From Cyanobacteriota bacterium (GTDB lineage: Bacteria > Cyanobacteriota > Cyanobacteriia > PCC-6307 > Cyanobiaceae): 64,000 nt of DNA. Every line of letters begins with the position of its first letter. Positions within the stretch are counted from its first letter, which is position 1. Under the pieces are notes generated by a model. That model ran no database searches. It was not told where the DNA came from and worked only from the letters and a program-made list of their open reading frames with translations. Below are positions 62,241 through 64,000 of the stretch, in pieces. The translations under genes were made by a program, and so were the position numbers. Where the stretch lies: positions 192,001 to 256,000 of the forward strand of contig JBJOMY010000005.1 of the NCBI GenBank assembly GCA_046052125.1, in the 5' to 3' direction.

Positions 62241-62978
62241 TCAGATGCCCTCGCCGGCCATCCCGGGCAAGTGAATACCGCATTCCTGCTTGAGGCCCCC
62301 AAAGCGGGTGGCACGGCCGCTGATGCCGCCATCGTCTGGCGCGCTGGAATGCCAGTCGCCCACGGTGGAATAGCCCTTCTCGAACAACGGGTGTTGAGGC
62401 AGCCCGTGTTCCTGCATGTAATAGAAGACGTCTTTGTTGGTCCAGGCGAGCAGGGGCCTCAGGGCCCAGCGGCCCCGCACCTCGGCCAGCGGTTGCATGG
62501 TGCTGCGGTGATCGGTCTGGCGGCCGCGCACCCCGCTGGCCCAGCAGCGCACCTGCAGGGCATCAAGAGCGCGATCGAGCGGTTCCACCTTGCGGATGCG
62601 GTGGTACGTCTCCATGTCTTCAACCTGGCCGGTCTCCCAGAGGCGGCCGTGCAGGGCCTCCATCCGGGCCGGGCTGATCTCCGCCTGCGCCACGTGCACC
62701 CGCAGATCCAGCAGCTCGATCAGGGTTTCGGCGTAGTGATAGGTCTCCGGTGGCAGATAGCCGGTATCCACCCAGATCACCGGCACCTTGCGATCCAGCT
62801 GGCTGATCAGATGCAGCGACACCGCCGCCTGAATGCCAAAACTGGTGGTGAGGCTGAACCCGTCGCCGAACTGCTCCACCCCCCAGCGCAGGCGCCCCAG
62901 GGCATCGCGCTGCTCCAGCTCACGGCAAGCCTGCTGGGCATCAATAGCCGGAGCGCTGATCGCCGAGGTGGTGGTCAT
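62241..62978 (-). CDS. cysH: Phosphoadenylyl-sulfate (PAPS) reductase
   Basis: TSFG, DTGYL, RKVEPL, GYSTVGD and ECGIH; no CC/CxxC Fe-S motifs. Confidence 0.93.
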   Translation of the reverse strand: MTTTSAISAPAIDAQQACRELEQRDALGRLRWGVEQFGDGFSLTTSFGIQAAVSLHLISQLDRKVPVIWVDTGYLPPETYHYAETLIELLDLRVHVAQAEISPARMEALHGRLWETGQVEDMETYHRIRKVEPLDRALDALQVRCWASGVRGRQTDHRSTMQPLAEVRGRWALRPLLAWTNKDVFYYMQEHGLPQHPLFEKGYSTVGDWHSSAPDDGGISGRATRFGGLKQECGIHLPGMAGEGI

Positions 62979-63066
62979 CCCCCCATCCTCCAATGCCAGG
63001 GGGAATGGCTTCCGCCCCCACAGCTGCTGGTTAGGGTTCGCGCAACTCCCCCGACCCGTCGGAACC

Positions 63067-64000
63067 GTGCCACCAGCCGAGGCCGAACAGCAACCCGTTG
63101 TGGTGGTGGGAGGTGGCTTCGGAGGACTGAGCGCCGCCCTGCAGCTGGCGGCGGCCACGCCGTCGATGCCGGTGGTGCTGATCGAGCCCCAGGAACGCTT
63201 TTTGTTCCTGCCGCTGCTCTACGAACTGCTCAGCCATGAGCTCAGGCGCTGGGAAGTAGCCCCGCGCTATGGGGAGCTCCTGGCGGGGAAGGGTGTGGTG
63301 TGGCTGCAGGAACGGGTGACCCGCATCGACACCGAAACCCGCGAGCTGCACACCGACGCGGGCCAGGGGTTGTATTACGGGCAGTTGGTGCTCGCCACTG
63401 GCGGCAAACCATGCACTTACGGCATCCCCGGTGTGGCCGAGCACTGCATCGGTTTTCGCAGCCTCGCGGATGTGGATCAGCTGCAGCAGCTGGTGGAGCG
63501 TCTGCGGCAACAGCAACGCCCGCTGCAGCGGATCGTGATTGTGGGGGCCGGGGCCAGTGGTGTGGAGCTGGCCTGCAAGCTCGCCGACCTGCTGCAGGGA
63601 GCGGCGGTGATCGAACTGATCGAACAAGGGGAGGAGCTGCTACCAGGAGCGCGCTCGTTCAACCGCGATCAGGCGCGCGAAGCGCTGCTCAAACGCGATA
63701 TCCGCCTGCGCACGGGCACCCGGGTCACGGCGGTGGGAGCGGCTTCCCTCAGCCTGCAGCGCGGTGATGGCACCAGCTTGGAAGAGCTCAGCTGCGATGG
63801 CGTGATCTGGACGGGCGGTGTGGTGGGCAGCGTGCCTGCGATCACACCGGCTCTAGAGCTAGACCCACGGGGGCGTCTCCACTGCGACCGGGAGCTGCGG
63901 GTGGTGAGTGCCCCGCACGTGTTTGCCATGGGGGATGCCGCCATCTGTCCTGATGCCAGCGGCGATAGTCATCCCGCCACGGCCCAGGTGGCTTACCAAC
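63067..64000 (+). CDS. NAD(P)/FAD-dependent oxidoreductase (type 2 NADH dehydrogenase-like); runs off the window end
   Basis: VVVGGGFGG, FLFLPLLYELL, IVGAGASGVELA, FAMGD and ATAQVAYQ motifs. Confidence 0.9.
   Translation, partial: MPPAEAEQQPVVVVGGGFGGLSAALQLAAATPSMPVVLIEPQERFLFLPLLYELLSHELRRWEVAPRYGELLAGKGVVWLQERVTRIDTETRELHTDAGQGLYYGQLVLATGGKPCTYGIPGVAEHCIGFRSLADVDQLQQLVERLRQQQRPLQRIVIVGAGASGVELACKLADLLQGAAVIELIEQGEELLPGARSFNRDQAREALLKRDIRLRTGTRVTAVGAASLSLQRGDGTSLEELSCDGVIWTGGVVGSVPAITPALELDPRGRLHCDRELRVVSAPHVFAMGDAAICPDASGDSHPATAQVAYQ

Overview
High-GC chromosome segment from a picocyanobacterium of the Cyanobium/Synechococcus/Vulcanococcus radiation. The assignment rests on psbX, hli, cpcS-cpcG, ftrC-sufBCDS/sufR and a circularly permuted two-piece tmRNA with tag ANNIVRFSRQAAPVAA. 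Most of the window is core genome: pnp (5'-truncated), cysQ, rsmI, a DnaJ-class chaperone, smc, msrB, accC, ycf66, comM, rpsU, def, gltS, mtnA, the suf operon, pgm, rarA, bcp, coaX, cysH, a 3'-truncated type-2 NADH dehydrogenase-like gene, tRNA-Arg(UCU) and tRNA-Leu(GAG). I see no CRISPR array, integrase, transposase or prophage. The most notable accessory features are: (i) a cassette directly downstream of ssrA encoding an RTX-repeat protein with an unassigned N-terminal domain, a YbjQ protein and a Nif11-leader peptide lacking the double-glycine site, converging on an exported CPHC thioredoxin-like gene; (ii) an mtnA plus class II aldolase pair consistent with a DHAP shunt; (iii) an aldo/keto reductase C-terminal remnant between two methyltransferase genes; (iv) an RND module with a coupled small membrane gene, bounded by a perfect 18-bp inverted repeat; (v) a secreted protein ending in an Ala/Pro linker plus VRGLW. 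All product calls come from motif recognition by eye; no searches were run.
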